64,000 nucleotides of DNA from Phycisphaerales bacterium (GCA_965227775.1 OZ245777.1:320001-384000); one strand, 5' to 3'. Positions 38,795 through 48,344 are shown, counted from the stretch's first letter. Notes: generated from the letters alone by a model not told the origin. Numbers and translations: made by a program.

Positions 38795-40633
38795 TCAGGG
38801 GCAGCCCGAGGAGAACTGGTTCTGGAATTCCAGGAAGTCGAACACGTTGAGCTCCGTGTCGTTGTTGAAGTCGGCAAAGGGGCTTCCGCTGTCGAAGGCC
38901 GTCTGGAAGGCAAGGAAGTCGAACAGGTTGACCGCTCCGTCTTCGTTCATGTCGATACGGCAGAACTCATCGATCGAAATGCTGTCGATGAACCATGCAT
39001 CGGCCGCATCGGCACCGACCGACGTGATCCGCAGACGGAACTCATCACCCGGAGCTTCGAGCGGGAGCTTCCACTCGTTGAGGATGAACTGCTGCTGCGC
39101 CGAGCCGTCCGACTGGATGTCGCCCAGCAGCTCCCACGCTCCGGTAAACCCAGAGAAGTACTCCACTTGGAGGAACTTGCCGGGCTCAACGAAGCGGTGC
39201 TGAGACCAGATGCTCACGTACGAGGGCTTGTCGCTGGGGAAGGGCACGTCGTAGCGGGTCGTGGTCAACGTGCCATCGACCTGGAAGGTGAGCCCATTGG
39301 GCGGCGTGATCGGGTTGACCACCGAAGGCGTCACGACGACGTTGTCGGCCTCGGCCCAGCGATCGGGATCGAGCGAGCGAGAATCGTCGAAATCCTCGAT
39401 GAACGGCAGCGGCTGCGGATCGGGCTCAGTTACGAGGTCATCGATGCAGGGCCGCGAATCGAGGAACGATCGGATGACGTTCCGCGACGAAGCACCAAAG
39501 CGGAAGATGTCGCCAGCACAACCACCGATGCCGGCACACATGATGCGGCAGTCGCTGCCCGAGCAGTGCCGGGCGTTGCAGTTGTGGCCGATCTCGTGGG
39601 CCAGCACGGCCACGCGGGCCGCCGGGCTCAGCGAGACGTACTGATTCACGTTGTAGCCAAGCGTCGTCGTGCACAGGCCGGACAGCCAGGCAACGCCCAG
39701 CGTGCCACCGGCAAAGTTGCGGCCACTGATCAGCGAAGCTGTGTCGCGGCGGACGCCGGTCTGCTGCGAACGCCAGTGGTTGGTCATCTGCTGGAGCAGG
39801 CCGCCACCGTCGGACGTCGTGTACGGGTCGGAGGAAGTCGGCCGCACGATGATCGTCGTGATCTCGATGACCGTATCGACGTCGCGCTCGTAAATGGACG
39901 AGACCGAGTTGACCTGCGCCTCGACCGCCGCGATGACCGCCGGCTCGGACGAGCCGCGCGAGGTGTAGAACTCGAAGTCGGTATCCACGCCCAGCTCGAG
40001 TACGAGCGTGTTGTCAACGCTCGGTGCCAGCGGGTCCTTCTGGAGCAGCCCGCCAACCGGGTTGTCGATCGTGCCGCAGAAGCCACCCTCACCCGAGAGG
40101 TCGTTGGCCTCGGAGTAGACGATGTGCAGGGCCTCGTCGGCACCGGCAACACGGTCCTGAAGGGGCTCGATGACCCAGCTGCTTGCAGCATCGTCACCGA
40201 TCGCGATCAGCGCGGTCAGCGAGCCGTCATAAAAGCCGGCCGAGACCACGCTGCCATCGATGCCGGGCACACGGCCGCGGTAGGTGGTGGGCGCCGGCGG
40301 AACCATGCGCTCCATGGAGCCATCGGGCTGTTGCACCTGCACCTCGAACACCGCCGAGCGGACGCTGTGGGGCCACAACTCGACTTCGACCACCTGCTCA
40401 CCGAGGAGCACCTCGGTGACGATCGATCCGTCGGCGTTGGACGTGAAGTCGAGCCGCTCGATCGAGTACTCAAGCAGGTCATCGAACATCAACGGTGACT
40501 GTTGTCCGGCGGGCGATTCGCCCTGCTGCAAGAGCGATCCCTGCGCGAACGCCCCGCCCGCCGAAACGAGCAGCGCGGTCGAACAGGCCAAGAGCCTCGC
40601 GGCGATCCCGCGAGCTGGCATGCGAGTCATCAT
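38795..40633 (-). CDS. Secreted M12/reprolysin-like zinc metalloprotease with C-terminal dockerin-like 'GC' tail
   Basis: Signal peptide; prodomain CGT; HEIGHNCNARH plus Met-turn RIMC; tail DMNEDGAVNLFDFLAFQ...GCP; GGAGG RBS before 40633. Confidence 0.85.
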   Translation of the reverse strand: MMTRMPARGIAARLLACSTALLVSAGGAFAQGSLLQQGESPAGQQSPLMFDDLLEYSIERLDFTSNADGSIVTEVLLGEQVVEVELWPHSVRSAVFEVQVQQPDGSMERMVPPAPTTYRGRVPGIDGSVVSAGFYDGSLTALIAIGDDAASSWVIEPLQDRVAGADEALHIVYSEANDLSGEGGFCGTIDNPVGGLLQKDPLAPSVDNTLVLELGVDTDFEFYTSRGSSEPAVIAAVEAQVNSVSSIYERDVDTVIEITTIIVRPTSSDPYTTSDGGGLLQQMTNHWRSQQTGVRRDTASLISGRNFAGGTLGVAWLSGLCTTTLGYNVNQYVSLSPAARVAVLAHEIGHNCNARHCSGSDCRIMCAGIGGCAGDIFRFGASSRNVIRSFLDSRPCIDDLVTEPDPQPLPFIEDFDDSRSLDPDRWAEADNVVVTPSVVNPITPPNGLTFQVDGTLTTTRYDVPFPSDKPSYVSIWSQHRFVEPGKFLQVEYFSGFTGAWELLGDIQSDGSAQQQFILNEWKLPLEAPGDEFRLRITSVGADAADAWFIDSISIDEFCRIDMNEDGAVNLFDFLAFQTAFDSGSPFADFNNDTELNVFDFLEFQNQFSSGCP

Positions 40634-40924
40634 GGAAACAAACCTCCCCGGATGCATCCGGTCCTGGTGCGCATCAGGACCAATTTCAGAGTCTGGGCTC
40701 TTCCGTCGGCGCGTGCAGGCAGGCCCGCGCGAACCCGGTCTATCAGGGACATAGCGGACGCCCCCAGCCACCGTTACGCCCACTTTTCACCGCCTACGCA
40801 GGCACCCTACCACCGTTGGCGGACCCGGCAACTGCCTGCGCCGGCTTCTTGTCGCAATCGCGTCGTTTTACGTTTTATCGGACATTCTTGGGCCCCCGCG
40901 ATCGATCCGCGTATGCTGGGCGCT

Positions 40925-42421
40925 ATGGCCGAAAGCAATCTCGATCGTCTGCGGGGCCTCATGCGGGTGACGAGCCAGCCGGCCATCACCGTCGCCACCG
41001 GCGAAGAGGTTTACGCGCTCAACCTCGTGCGAGACGCCGCCGCCGACCAGGGCATGGTCTGCCATCGCTGGACGCTCACCGGGGGGCTCCAAGACGCCGG
41101 CTTCGAGGACACCGGCGAGTCAAGCGAAACACAGCTGCCCGAGCGGGCGCTCCGCCAGATCGCCAGCAGTCGCAAGCCGGGCGTCTATGTTTTGCTCGAC
41201 CTGGGCCATCACATCGAAGAGGTCAAGGTTGCACGCGCACTCCGCGAGTGCCTGTTCAGGGCCAACGAGCAAGCCCAGCTCATCGTGCTCATCGACCACG
41301 ATCGCATCACCGCGCCCGTCGTGCGGCAGTACGCGGCCGAGTTCGAGGTCATGCCGCCCGACACTGAGGAGATCGAGCGTCTCGTTCGTTCGCAGCTGCG
41401 TGCCCACCACCGCCACACCCCGATCGACATCGAGATCAAGCGGAGCGAGTGGGGCGCAATGGTCCGCAACCTGCGCGGGCTCACTCGCCGGCAGATCCAG
41501 AACATCGTGGCCGAGGTCGTGCGAGACGACCACCGGCTGGACGCCGACGACCTACCCCGCATCGTCGCTCGCAAACGCGAGTACGTGCGCGCAGATGGGT
41601 TGCTCGAGTTCATCGAAGCGCCCGCCACACTCGACGACATCGGCGGGCTGAAGAACCTCAAAGACTGGCTCTCGAGCCGACTACTGACCACCGAAGCCGA
41701 GGCAGAAGAGCATGGGCTCGACACGCCCCGCGGCGTGCTGATGCTGGGCGTGCAAGGGGCGGGCAAGAGCCTGTGCGCCAAGGCCATCAGCGCCGCCTGG
41801 AAGCGCCCGCTGCTCCGGCTCGATCCAACATCGCTCTATGACCGCTACGTGGGCTCGAGCGAGAATCGCCTGCGGACGGCGTTGCACCAAGCCGAACTCA
41901 TGGCCCCGATCATCCTCTGGATCGATGAGATCGAGAAGGGCTTCGCGTCGGTGAGCAACAGCGGGGCCGACGGCGGGCTCAGCCGCCGCATGTTCGGCAG
42001 CCTGCTGACATGGATGCAGGAGCACCGCGAGCCGGTGTTCATCGTCGCGACTGCCAACGACATCGAGAGCCTGCCGCCCGAACTGATGCGCAAGGGACGC
42101 TTCGACGAGATCTTCTTCGTCGACCTGCCCGGTGAAGAGGCTCGCCAGGCGATCCTCGAGATCCACCTCCGCAAGCGTCGGCTCGATCCGGACGAGTTCG
42201 ACATCTCCAAGCTCGTCAAGGTGACCGACGGGTTCAGCGGAGCCGAGATCGAGCAGGGCATCATCGCCGCTCGGCACGAGGCGTTCGCGCAGAAGAAGCA
42301 GGCATCCACCGAGAGCCTCGTCGAGGTGTACAAGCAGAGCCCGCCGCTAAGCGTGACGATGGCCGAAAAGGTCGCGGCCCTCCGCAAGTGGGCGAAGGGC
42401 CGCTGTGTGATGGCAGGCTAA
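40925..42421 (+). CDS. AAA+ ATPase, SpoVK/Ycf46/Vps4 family
   Basis: GVQGAGKS, LWIDEIEKG, VATAN, LPPELMRKGRFDEIFFVDLP, FSGAEIE. Confidence 0.9.
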   Translation: MAESNLDRLRGLMRVTSQPAITVATGEEVYALNLVRDAAADQGMVCHRWTLTGGLQDAGFEDTGESSETQLPERALRQIASSRKPGVYVLLDLGHHIEEVKVARALRECLFRANEQAQLIVLIDHDRITAPVVRQYAAEFEVMPPDTEEIERLVRSQLRAHHRHTPIDIEIKRSEWGAMVRNLRGLTRRQIQNIVAEVVRDDHRLDADDLPRIVARKREYVRADGLLEFIEAPATLDDIGGLKNLKDWLSSRLLTTEAEAEEHGLDTPRGVLMLGVQGAGKSLCAKAISAAWKRPLLRLDPTSLYDRYVGSSENRLRTALHQAELMAPIILWIDEIEKGFASVSNSGADGGLSRRMFGSLLTWMQEHREPVFIVATANDIESLPPELMRKGRFDEIFFVDLPGEEARQAILEIHLRKRRLDPDEFDISKLVKVTDGFSGAEIEQGIIAARHEAFAQKKQASTESLVEVYKQSPPLSVTMAEKVAALRKWAKGRCVMAG

Positions 42422-42436
42422 GTGTCGGCAAGGGCC

Positions 42437-42937
42437 TCAGCCCTCTTCGGCCTGGTCCATGTCGAGGTTGAGCCACCACTGCGGGAAGTTGGCTCCCGTG
42501 GTCGAGTGGTACCAGCCTTCGAGCGTGTCGTCGATGAACCGGAAGAAGACAGGCTCGTCGTGGATGTGCCCGTAGCTGGAGCTCTCGAATCTGTACACGC
42601 GGCGATCGCGGACCTCATAGATCAGCACCTGCCCGGCGTCGTGGTTCTTCGAACCGCGGAATACTGCCTCCGGGAAGATCTTGCGAAACTGATCGACCGT
42701 GGTGTCCGGGCCGAGCTTGCCAAGCCGGGCACTCTCGGCCTGGCTGAAGCTGGGCACGTCCTCGCTCGAGCGAACAACGTCGGCCTGTGACTGCTGCGAC
42801 GAGGTCAGCCGCGTCTTGGAGGGCTCGTGCCGCTCGTTGCCGCTGCCAATCGAGAAAACGCAGCCCTGGGCCAGCAGTGTCGCCGCCGCCAGTCCCAATG
42901 CCAGGGTCGCTTTCGTATGCATCTTGTTCGGCTTCAT
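42437..42937 (-). CDS. Lipoprotein (possibly DUF3192-like)
   Basis: Lipobox LAQGC followed by VFSIG. Confidence 0.6.
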   Translation of the reverse strand: MKPNKMHTKATLALGLAAATLLAQGCVFSIGSGNERHEPSKTRLTSSQQSQADVVRSSEDVPSFSQAESARLGKLGPDTTVDQFRKIFPEAVFRGSKNHDAGQVLIYEVRDRRVYRFESSSYGHIHDEPVFFRFIDDTLEGWYHSTTGANFPQWWLNLDMDQAEEG

Positions 42938-43048
42938 GGCTCGCTTCCTTTCCCCCTCTATCGAGGACGGTGATGTGGTCGAGCCATTGTAGTGGGAAGC
43001 AAGCGAGGTTAGTTTCAACAAACTTTGGGGTGGAAGCCCAGATACTCC

Positions 43049-44803
43049 TCACACCCTAAAGATCGCCCCCATCTTCTTGCCCAGCAGGACGCTCGCCCCC
43101 ACCAGGGTGATCGTCAGCAGCGCCATGCCCCACACGCCCATGGCGCTGGCGATGTAGGGGCCGTCGCCCTGCCGGTTGCTGAACGCGTAGATGGCCCGGG
43201 TGATGGGCCAGTCGTCCTGCTTCTGGGCCAGCAGCAAACTGTCGGAGACCTCCAGCATGCTGAAGGCAAACACCAGGAGCGCGCCAGCGATGATGTTGGC
43301 CAGGATCAGCGGCAGCACCACGCTGCGGATCGCCCTCAGCCGCGTCGCGCCCAGGTTGAGCGCCGCCTCTTCCATCTCACCGCTGGTCTGTTCGAGCCCG
43401 GCCACGACCGACCGCACGATGTACGGAAGCCGGCGCACGGCGTAGGCCAGAATCAGCAGCGGGATGGGGTTCGGATTGACCCCCACCACCGAGACGACGC
43501 CGTCCAGCGGGGCGCCGATCTCGCCGAAGCCCAGGTTCAGCGTGCCGCGGAAGGGCCACGCGAGGCTCACCGCCACAAAGCCGAATGCCAGCACCAGCCC
43601 CGGCACCGCGAGCGGCAGCATGCAAAGCGTGTCGAGCACGCTTCGGCCGACCGCCCGAGTGCGCACGATGAGGTACCCCACGGTCACACCGATCGTTGCG
43701 TTGAGGATCACGGCCAACGCCGAGTACACCAGGCTGTTGGCGATGGAGCGGAACGCCGCATCGCTGCCCAGCGCCACGCCGAAGTGGGCGAGCGTCAGGC
43801 TCTTCGGCAGCACGCTCTGGTACCACTGGCCTACGCCGCTAATGCTCATGAGGATGACGCCCACGTGCGGTGCCACGGCCAGGATCGTCACCAGCAGGAA
43901 CGCGCCGGTCGCGAGCCAGCCCTTCGCGCCCTTCAAGGGCGCCTCGCTGCCCGCGCGGGTGGCACGCGTGCTCATGGCGTATCCGCGACGGCCGAATGCG
44001 AGCTTGCCCGCTGCGTAGGCGGCCAGCGATGCCGCTAGCAGCACGAACGTCAGCGCGTAGGGCCTTGCCGAGCCCTCGACCTCGCTGAGGCCGTAGAAGA
44101 TCTGAACCGCCGTCACGCGGTCGTAATCGAACATGAGCGGCGTGCCGAGCTCGGTGAACGCCCAGATGAAGACGATGGTGCCGCCGGCGAACAGGCCGGG
44201 CCTGATGAGCGGCAGCGTGATGCGCGTGAAGCGCCGCCATGGGCCCGCGCCCAGGTTCTCGGCGGCCTCATTCATGGCGGGATCGAGATTGGCCAGCGCC
44301 GCGGTCGCGTTGAGGTAGAGGATGGGGTAGAGGTGCAGCGCCTGCACGATGATGACGCCCAGGCCCTTGGCCTCGCCCATGACATCCCACTGCGTGCCGA
44401 GCAGCGTGTTGAGCATGCCCTCGCGGCCCATGATGGCCCGGAAGCCGATGGCGCCGACGAATGGCGGCAGGATGAGCGGCACAAGAACGAGCGCGCTGAA
44501 TACGCCCTTGAACGGGAATCTGTGGCGGGCCGCCAAGAGCGCCAGCGGGACGGCAATGAGCCCGCTGAGGATGGTCGTGCCCGTCGCGATCCAGAACGCG
44601 TTGAACAGGCCCTCGCGCGTGACGGGGTCACGAAACACGCGGAGGATGTGCACAATCGTCCATCCGCCGTCGCCGCCGGGGTCGCTGGCGAATCCGCCGC
44701 GGATGGTCAAGACAATCGGATAGATCAGCGCGAGCCCGAGAAACGCGATGAGCAGCACGACCAGCGTCTGCTCAATGAGCCGGCGCAGCGTCAGTGCGTG
44801 CAT
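43049..44803 (-). CDS. Fe3+/thiamine-type ABC transporter permease (duplicated module)
   Basis: Two EAA loops (EAAENLGA, EEAALNLGA); about 12 TMs. Confidence 0.9.
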   Translation of the reverse strand: MHALTLRRLIEQTLVVLLIAFLGLALIYPIVLTIRGGFASDPGGDGGWTIVHILRVFRDPVTREGLFNAFWIATGTTILSGLIAVPLALLAARHRFPFKGVFSALVLVPLILPPFVGAIGFRAIMGREGMLNTLLGTQWDVMGEAKGLGVIIVQALHLYPILYLNATAALANLDPAMNEAAENLGAGPWRRFTRITLPLIRPGLFAGGTIVFIWAFTELGTPLMFDYDRVTAVQIFYGLSEVEGSARPYALTFVLLAASLAAYAAGKLAFGRRGYAMSTRATRAGSEAPLKGAKGWLATGAFLLVTILAVAPHVGVILMSISGVGQWYQSVLPKSLTLAHFGVALGSDAAFRSIANSLVYSALAVILNATIGVTVGYLIVRTRAVGRSVLDTLCMLPLAVPGLVLAFGFVAVSLAWPFRGTLNLGFGEIGAPLDGVVSVVGVNPNPIPLLILAYAVRRLPYIVRSVVAGLEQTSGEMEEAALNLGATRLRAIRSVVLPLILANIIAGALLVFAFSMLEVSDSLLLAQKQDDWPITRAIYAFSNRQGDGPYIASAMGVWGMALLTITLVGASVLLGKKMGAIFRV

Positions 44804-44807
44804 GAAT

Positions 44808-46058
44808 TCAGGCCTCCGCCCGAGCGGGCTGGGCGGCCAGCGACTGGCCGAGCGTCAGGATGGTGGCCGTGCCGCGATCGAAGCTCGACAGGTGCGCCCG
44901 CAACGCGTCGAGCGTCACGGCGTCGATCTCGGCGACGCGCTCTTCGAGCGTACGGCAGCGGGCCAGCTTGCGATAGTCGTTGGCCATGGCCCCCGCTCTC
45001 GCCGCTGTCGACTCGCCGCCGAACACGATGCGGCTCTTGAGCCCCACGCGGGCCCGTTCGAGCTCTTCCTGCGTCGGTGCGCCGGCGTCAGTGGCGATGC
45101 GGTCGAGCTCCGCCCGGAGCACCTCGAGCGACTCGGCTGCCCGCTCGGGCGTGGTGCCGACGTAGGCCGAAATCCAACCATTCTCACGCTCGGGCGTGTA
45201 CCCGGCGTGGACGGCGTAGCAGAGGCCCCGCTTCTCGCGCACTTCGGTAAACAGACGCCCCGACATGCCGCCACTGAGCACCGCTGTTGCCAATCGCTCG
45301 CACGCGGCCTCGGGCGTGCCATCACGCGGAGCATCGCGGACCACCATGATCTGCACCTGCGCACCATCGTCGTCGACGTGGTGCTGCCCACGCTCGGCAG
45401 CGCCCTGGGCCATCGGTTCGGCGGCCGTGCCGGTCCAGCCGTCGAGTGTGTTGTCCAGCGTTTCCTGGGCCAACGCCGGATCGACGTCGCCAGCCAGTGC
45501 GATGATGCTGCCCCGCGGGACGTAGCCGTTGTTGATGAACGCGACCGCGTCGGCGTGGGTGCAGGCCTCGAGCCCCTCACGCGTGCCATAGGTCGAGCGA
45601 TTCAGCGGCGGAGGAAGGTACCGAGCCATGGCCTCGACACCGGCCCACTCCTGCGGGTCGTCGGTCAGCGCATCGAGTTCTTGGAGCGCCAGGCTCTTCG
45701 CGGGCGCAAACGACGCGTCATCCATGTTCGGGCGCACGAGGGCGTCGGCTAGCAGCGGAATCGCGCGGGCGAGGTCCTGACCGACAAACGTGGCCGAGAG
45801 GCGGCTCGTACGGACCCCGGCATCGAGGCTGCGGCTGACACCAGCGGCATCGAGCGCGTCGGCGTGCTCGCGGCTGCTGCGCCCGCCCGCCCCGCGCTGG
45901 GCCATCTCGGCGGCAATGCCCGCGATGCCCAGCTTGCCGTCTGGTTCCGCCGCTGCACCCGCGGGAAGGGTCCAGCTCAGGGCGCAGCTCTTCACGCCGG
46001 CCATCGGTTCGACCAGCAGCACCGCCCCGCACGCCAATTCTCGGATCTCGATCGCCAT
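44808..46058 (-). CDS. M16 (pitrilysin) family protein, non-catalytic subunit
   Basis: SGGMSGRLFTEVREKRGLCYAV; HxxEH replaced by GIAAEM. Confidence 0.85.
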   Translation of the reverse strand: MAIEIRELACGAVLLVEPMAGVKSCALSWTLPAGAAAEPDGKLGIAGIAAEMAQRGAGGRSSREHADALDAAGVSRSLDAGVRTSRLSATFVGQDLARAIPLLADALVRPNMDDASFAPAKSLALQELDALTDDPQEWAGVEAMARYLPPPLNRSTYGTREGLEACTHADAVAFINNGYVPRGSIIALAGDVDPALAQETLDNTLDGWTGTAAEPMAQGAAERGQHHVDDDGAQVQIMVVRDAPRDGTPEAACERLATAVLSGGMSGRLFTEVREKRGLCYAVHAGYTPERENGWISAYVGTTPERAAESLEVLRAELDRIATDAGAPTQEELERARVGLKSRIVFGGESTAARAGAMANDYRKLARCRTLEERVAEIDAVTLDALRAHLSSFDRGTATILTLGQSLAAQPARAEA

Positions 46059-46212
46059 GGTTGGGCGCAGTTTAGCGGACGCTCGCCGCCCACGCCCACG
46101 CCCCAACCAGCCACTACGACCCGCACAGACCACCCACGATCCGTCGGAGGCGTCGGTCGGCCGCGGCGCGGGGGCGGCTACGGGTCGATTCCTTCTATTA
46201 GAGAGGTACGCG

Positions 46213-46977
46213 ATGTCGAATGGACGCTCCAGCATGCGCCGGATCGTGGACGTGGTCGCCTTGGGCCTGTGCCTGGTAGCCGGCGCCCTTGTGCTGATCC
46301 AGCAGACCCAGCGTGAGACCGTCGAGAACGTCGTCGTGCAGACGGAGCTGTCGCTTGCGCAGTTCCACTCCACGTTGAAGGTCCAGGCGACCACGCGCGG
46401 CGTGGCCGTCAATGGCCGCGGCTGGCCCAACACCATCGAGGGCTACTGGTTCGGCGACGAGCCGCCGCTGAACTACCTCCTGACCGGCGATCGCCCGTGG
46501 GTCGAGATCGCGCCTGCGGAGGACGCCGACCGCGACCACCCCGCCAACCCGGTCGCGTTCGACTTCGATGGGGAACGTGCTGCAAGCTTCTGGTATAACC
46601 CGTATCGGGGCGTGGTACGCGCAAGAGTTGCGCCCCAGATCAACGACGACGAGACGCTCGCGCTGTACAACCGGGTGAACGGGGTGTTCTTGGCAACGCT
46701 GGCACCCGACGGCGGCCTCCGCAATGCAGCGCGGGAGCGTGACGACGCCGAGCGGCTGCGCGAGATGTCCGAGCGCGTCCGCCAGATGGCCGAGTCGACG
46801 GGCGCGATCACATCAAACGACAGCGTCGTGCAGGTTCGTCGCGTCGAAGACGAGCCCGAAGAAGCGCCCCCGCCACCGCCGGAAGCGTCACACCAGAGCG
46901 AGCCCGATCCGGTATCGATCGATGAACCTGCCGAGGAGCCGAGCGAGCCTGCCGAACCGGGCGACAAACTGGCGTAA
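46213..46977 (+). CDS. Membrane-anchored hypothetical protein (pilin-like core, acidic Pro-rich tail)
   Basis: N-terminal TM; WP..I...WF, FWYNPYRGVVRAR. Confidence 0.65.
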   Translation: MSNGRSSMRRIVDVVALGLCLVAGALVLIQQTQRETVENVVVQTELSLAQFHSTLKVQATTRGVAVNGRGWPNTIEGYWFGDEPPLNYLLTGDRPWVEIAPAEDADRDHPANPVAFDFDGERAASFWYNPYRGVVRARVAPQINDDETLALYNRVNGVFLATLAPDGGLRNAARERDDAERLREMSERVRQMAESTGAITSNDSVVQVRRVEDEPEEAPPPPPEASHQSEPDPVSIDEPAEEPSEPAEPGDKLA

Positions 46978-46995
46978 ATCGGCCCTAACGCGCTC

Positions 46996-47730
46996 TCAGA
47001 GGGGTTTTTGGGGCGCTTCATCTCGCAAGCCGATCGCATCGACCATGTCGTACAGGCCGGGCTTCTGATCTACGAGCCACGCCGCAGCGTGCAGCGCGCC
47101 GCGAGCGAACAGATCGCGTGAGTGCGCCGTGTGCTTGAGTTCGATGGTCTCGTCGGGGCCGTCGAATCGAACCGCGTGCTCGCCGACAATGCTGCCCGCG
47201 CGCACCGACGCAACACCCCGTTCGCCGAAATTCGAAGCGCCTTCATCGGCGCTTTCGATGGCCGATCGGAGCGCATTTGCAGTGCCCGAGGGCGCGTCGC
47301 GCTTGCCCGAACGGTGCCATTCGGCGATCGAAGGCGAAAAATTTTCACCCAACGCGAAAGAAATTTTTCGGACCAATTGGATGAGCACGACACACCCAAC
47401 GGACGTATTGGGCGCCACGAGCACGGGCACGTCTCCAGCAAGCTTTGAAAGCGCCTCGGTGTGTTCCTGTTGCAGCTCGGTCGTGCCGACGAGGAGCGGC
47501 GCACGACGGGTGCGCGCGAGTTCGATCGACGCGTGCGTTGCGCTGAAATGCGAGAAATCTACGATGATTTCGCGGTTTTTGCGCGCAATGTCACGTGCTT
47601 GGGTATGCGGGCGCGTCCGGTTGACGCGAGCGGCCACCTCGAAGCGACTGTCTTCCGATGCGAGCGTGTCGATGCGCGAGCCAAGAGCGCCCGATGCACC
47701 AACGAGCAGGATGGAGGCGGGTTGTTTCAT
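46996..47730 (-). CDS. dapB: 4-hydroxy-tetrahydrodipicolinate reductase
   Basis: GASGALG, VDFS, VGTT, APNTSVG, EWHRSGKRDAPSGTA, RAGSIVGEH, RDLFARGAL. Confidence 0.9.
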   Translation of the reverse strand: MKQPASILLVGASGALGSRIDTLASEDSRFEVAARVNRTRPHTQARDIARKNREIIVDFSHFSATHASIELARTRRAPLLVGTTELQQEHTEALSKLAGDVPVLVAPNTSVGCVVLIQLVRKISFALGENFSPSIAEWHRSGKRDAPSGTANALRSAIESADEGASNFGERGVASVRAGSIVGEHAVRFDGPDETIELKHTAHSRDLFARGALHAAAWLVDQKPGLYDMVDAIGLRDEAPQKPL

Positions 47731-47776
47731 GATGATCGCTCGTGCAATGGTGAGGTCGCGGGGCTTGAAAAAATTG

Positions 47777-47804
47777 TGGACGAATCGGAAAGTTCTAGTA
47801 GACT
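47777..47804 (+). promoter_or_regulatory. Putative sigma70 promoter with A-rich UP element for the histone-like gene
   Basis: GAAAAAATT, then TGGACG-N16-TAGACT. Confidence 0.45.
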
Positions 47805-47930
47805 ACTCAAGCCGCGTGGGTAACAGACCCGATACACGCTGCGCGCGCCCTTTGTCCGCGGATTGCCCGACTCGCACATCGGCGCGTGTGGTAACCAAGC
47901 GAAGTCGGGCAACAGAGCAGGAGATTGCTC

Positions 47931-48344
47931 ATGGCGAAGAAAGCCGCAAGGAAGAAGGCCACCCGGAAGAAGGCGGCCAAGAAGACGGCCAAACGCAAGA
48001 CCACTCGCAAGAAGGCAACCCGTAAGGCCGGCGCTCGCAAGACCGCCGCCCGCAAGACCGGAACCCGGAAGAAGGCAGCCAAGAAGACCACGCGGAAGAA
48101 GGCCACTCGCAAGGCTGGTACCCGCAAGAAGGCAGCCAAGAAGACGGCGAAGAAGGCCACCCGGAAGAAGGCCACTCGCAAGAAGGCGACCCGCAAGAAG
48201 GCTGCCCGCAAGACCGGCACTCGCAAGAAGGCCGCCAAGAAGACCACCCGCAAGAAGGCGACCCGGAAGAAGGCCACTCGCAAGACTGCCGCTCGCAAGA
48301 CCGGCACTCGCAAGAAGGCCCGCCGCCGCACCGTTCGTCGCTAA
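47931..48344 (+). CDS. Histone H1-like (Hc2/AlgP-type) Lys/Arg-rich repeat protein, 137 aa
   Basis: AGGAG RBS; pentapeptide repeats KKATR/KKAAK/KTGTR/KTAAR; no acidic residues; synonymous codons vary between repeats. Confidence 0.85.
   Translation: MAKKAARKKATRKKAAKKTAKRKTTRKKATRKAGARKTAARKTGTRKKAAKKTTRKKATRKAGTRKKAAKKTAKKATRKKATRKKATRKKAARKTGTRKKAAKKTTRKKATRKKATRKTAARKTGTRKKARRRTVRR

Noticed and set aside
40502..40924. Long N-terminal extensions on the AAA ATPase, M16, OM barrel and kinase ORFs as given in the ORF track
   Set aside because: They overlap neighbouring or divergent genes and read as low-information sequence; downstream starts fit better.
47770..47900. DnaA-box-like words (TGTGGACGA, CGTGGGTAA) suggesting oriC
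   Set aside because: Each has two or more mismatches to TGTGGATAA; no dnaA/dnaN nearby and no clear unwinding element.
47931..48344. Possible CRISPR or tandem DNA repeat array
   Set aside because: The repeats are ~15-bp degenerate coding units with no spacers; no cas genes are in the window.
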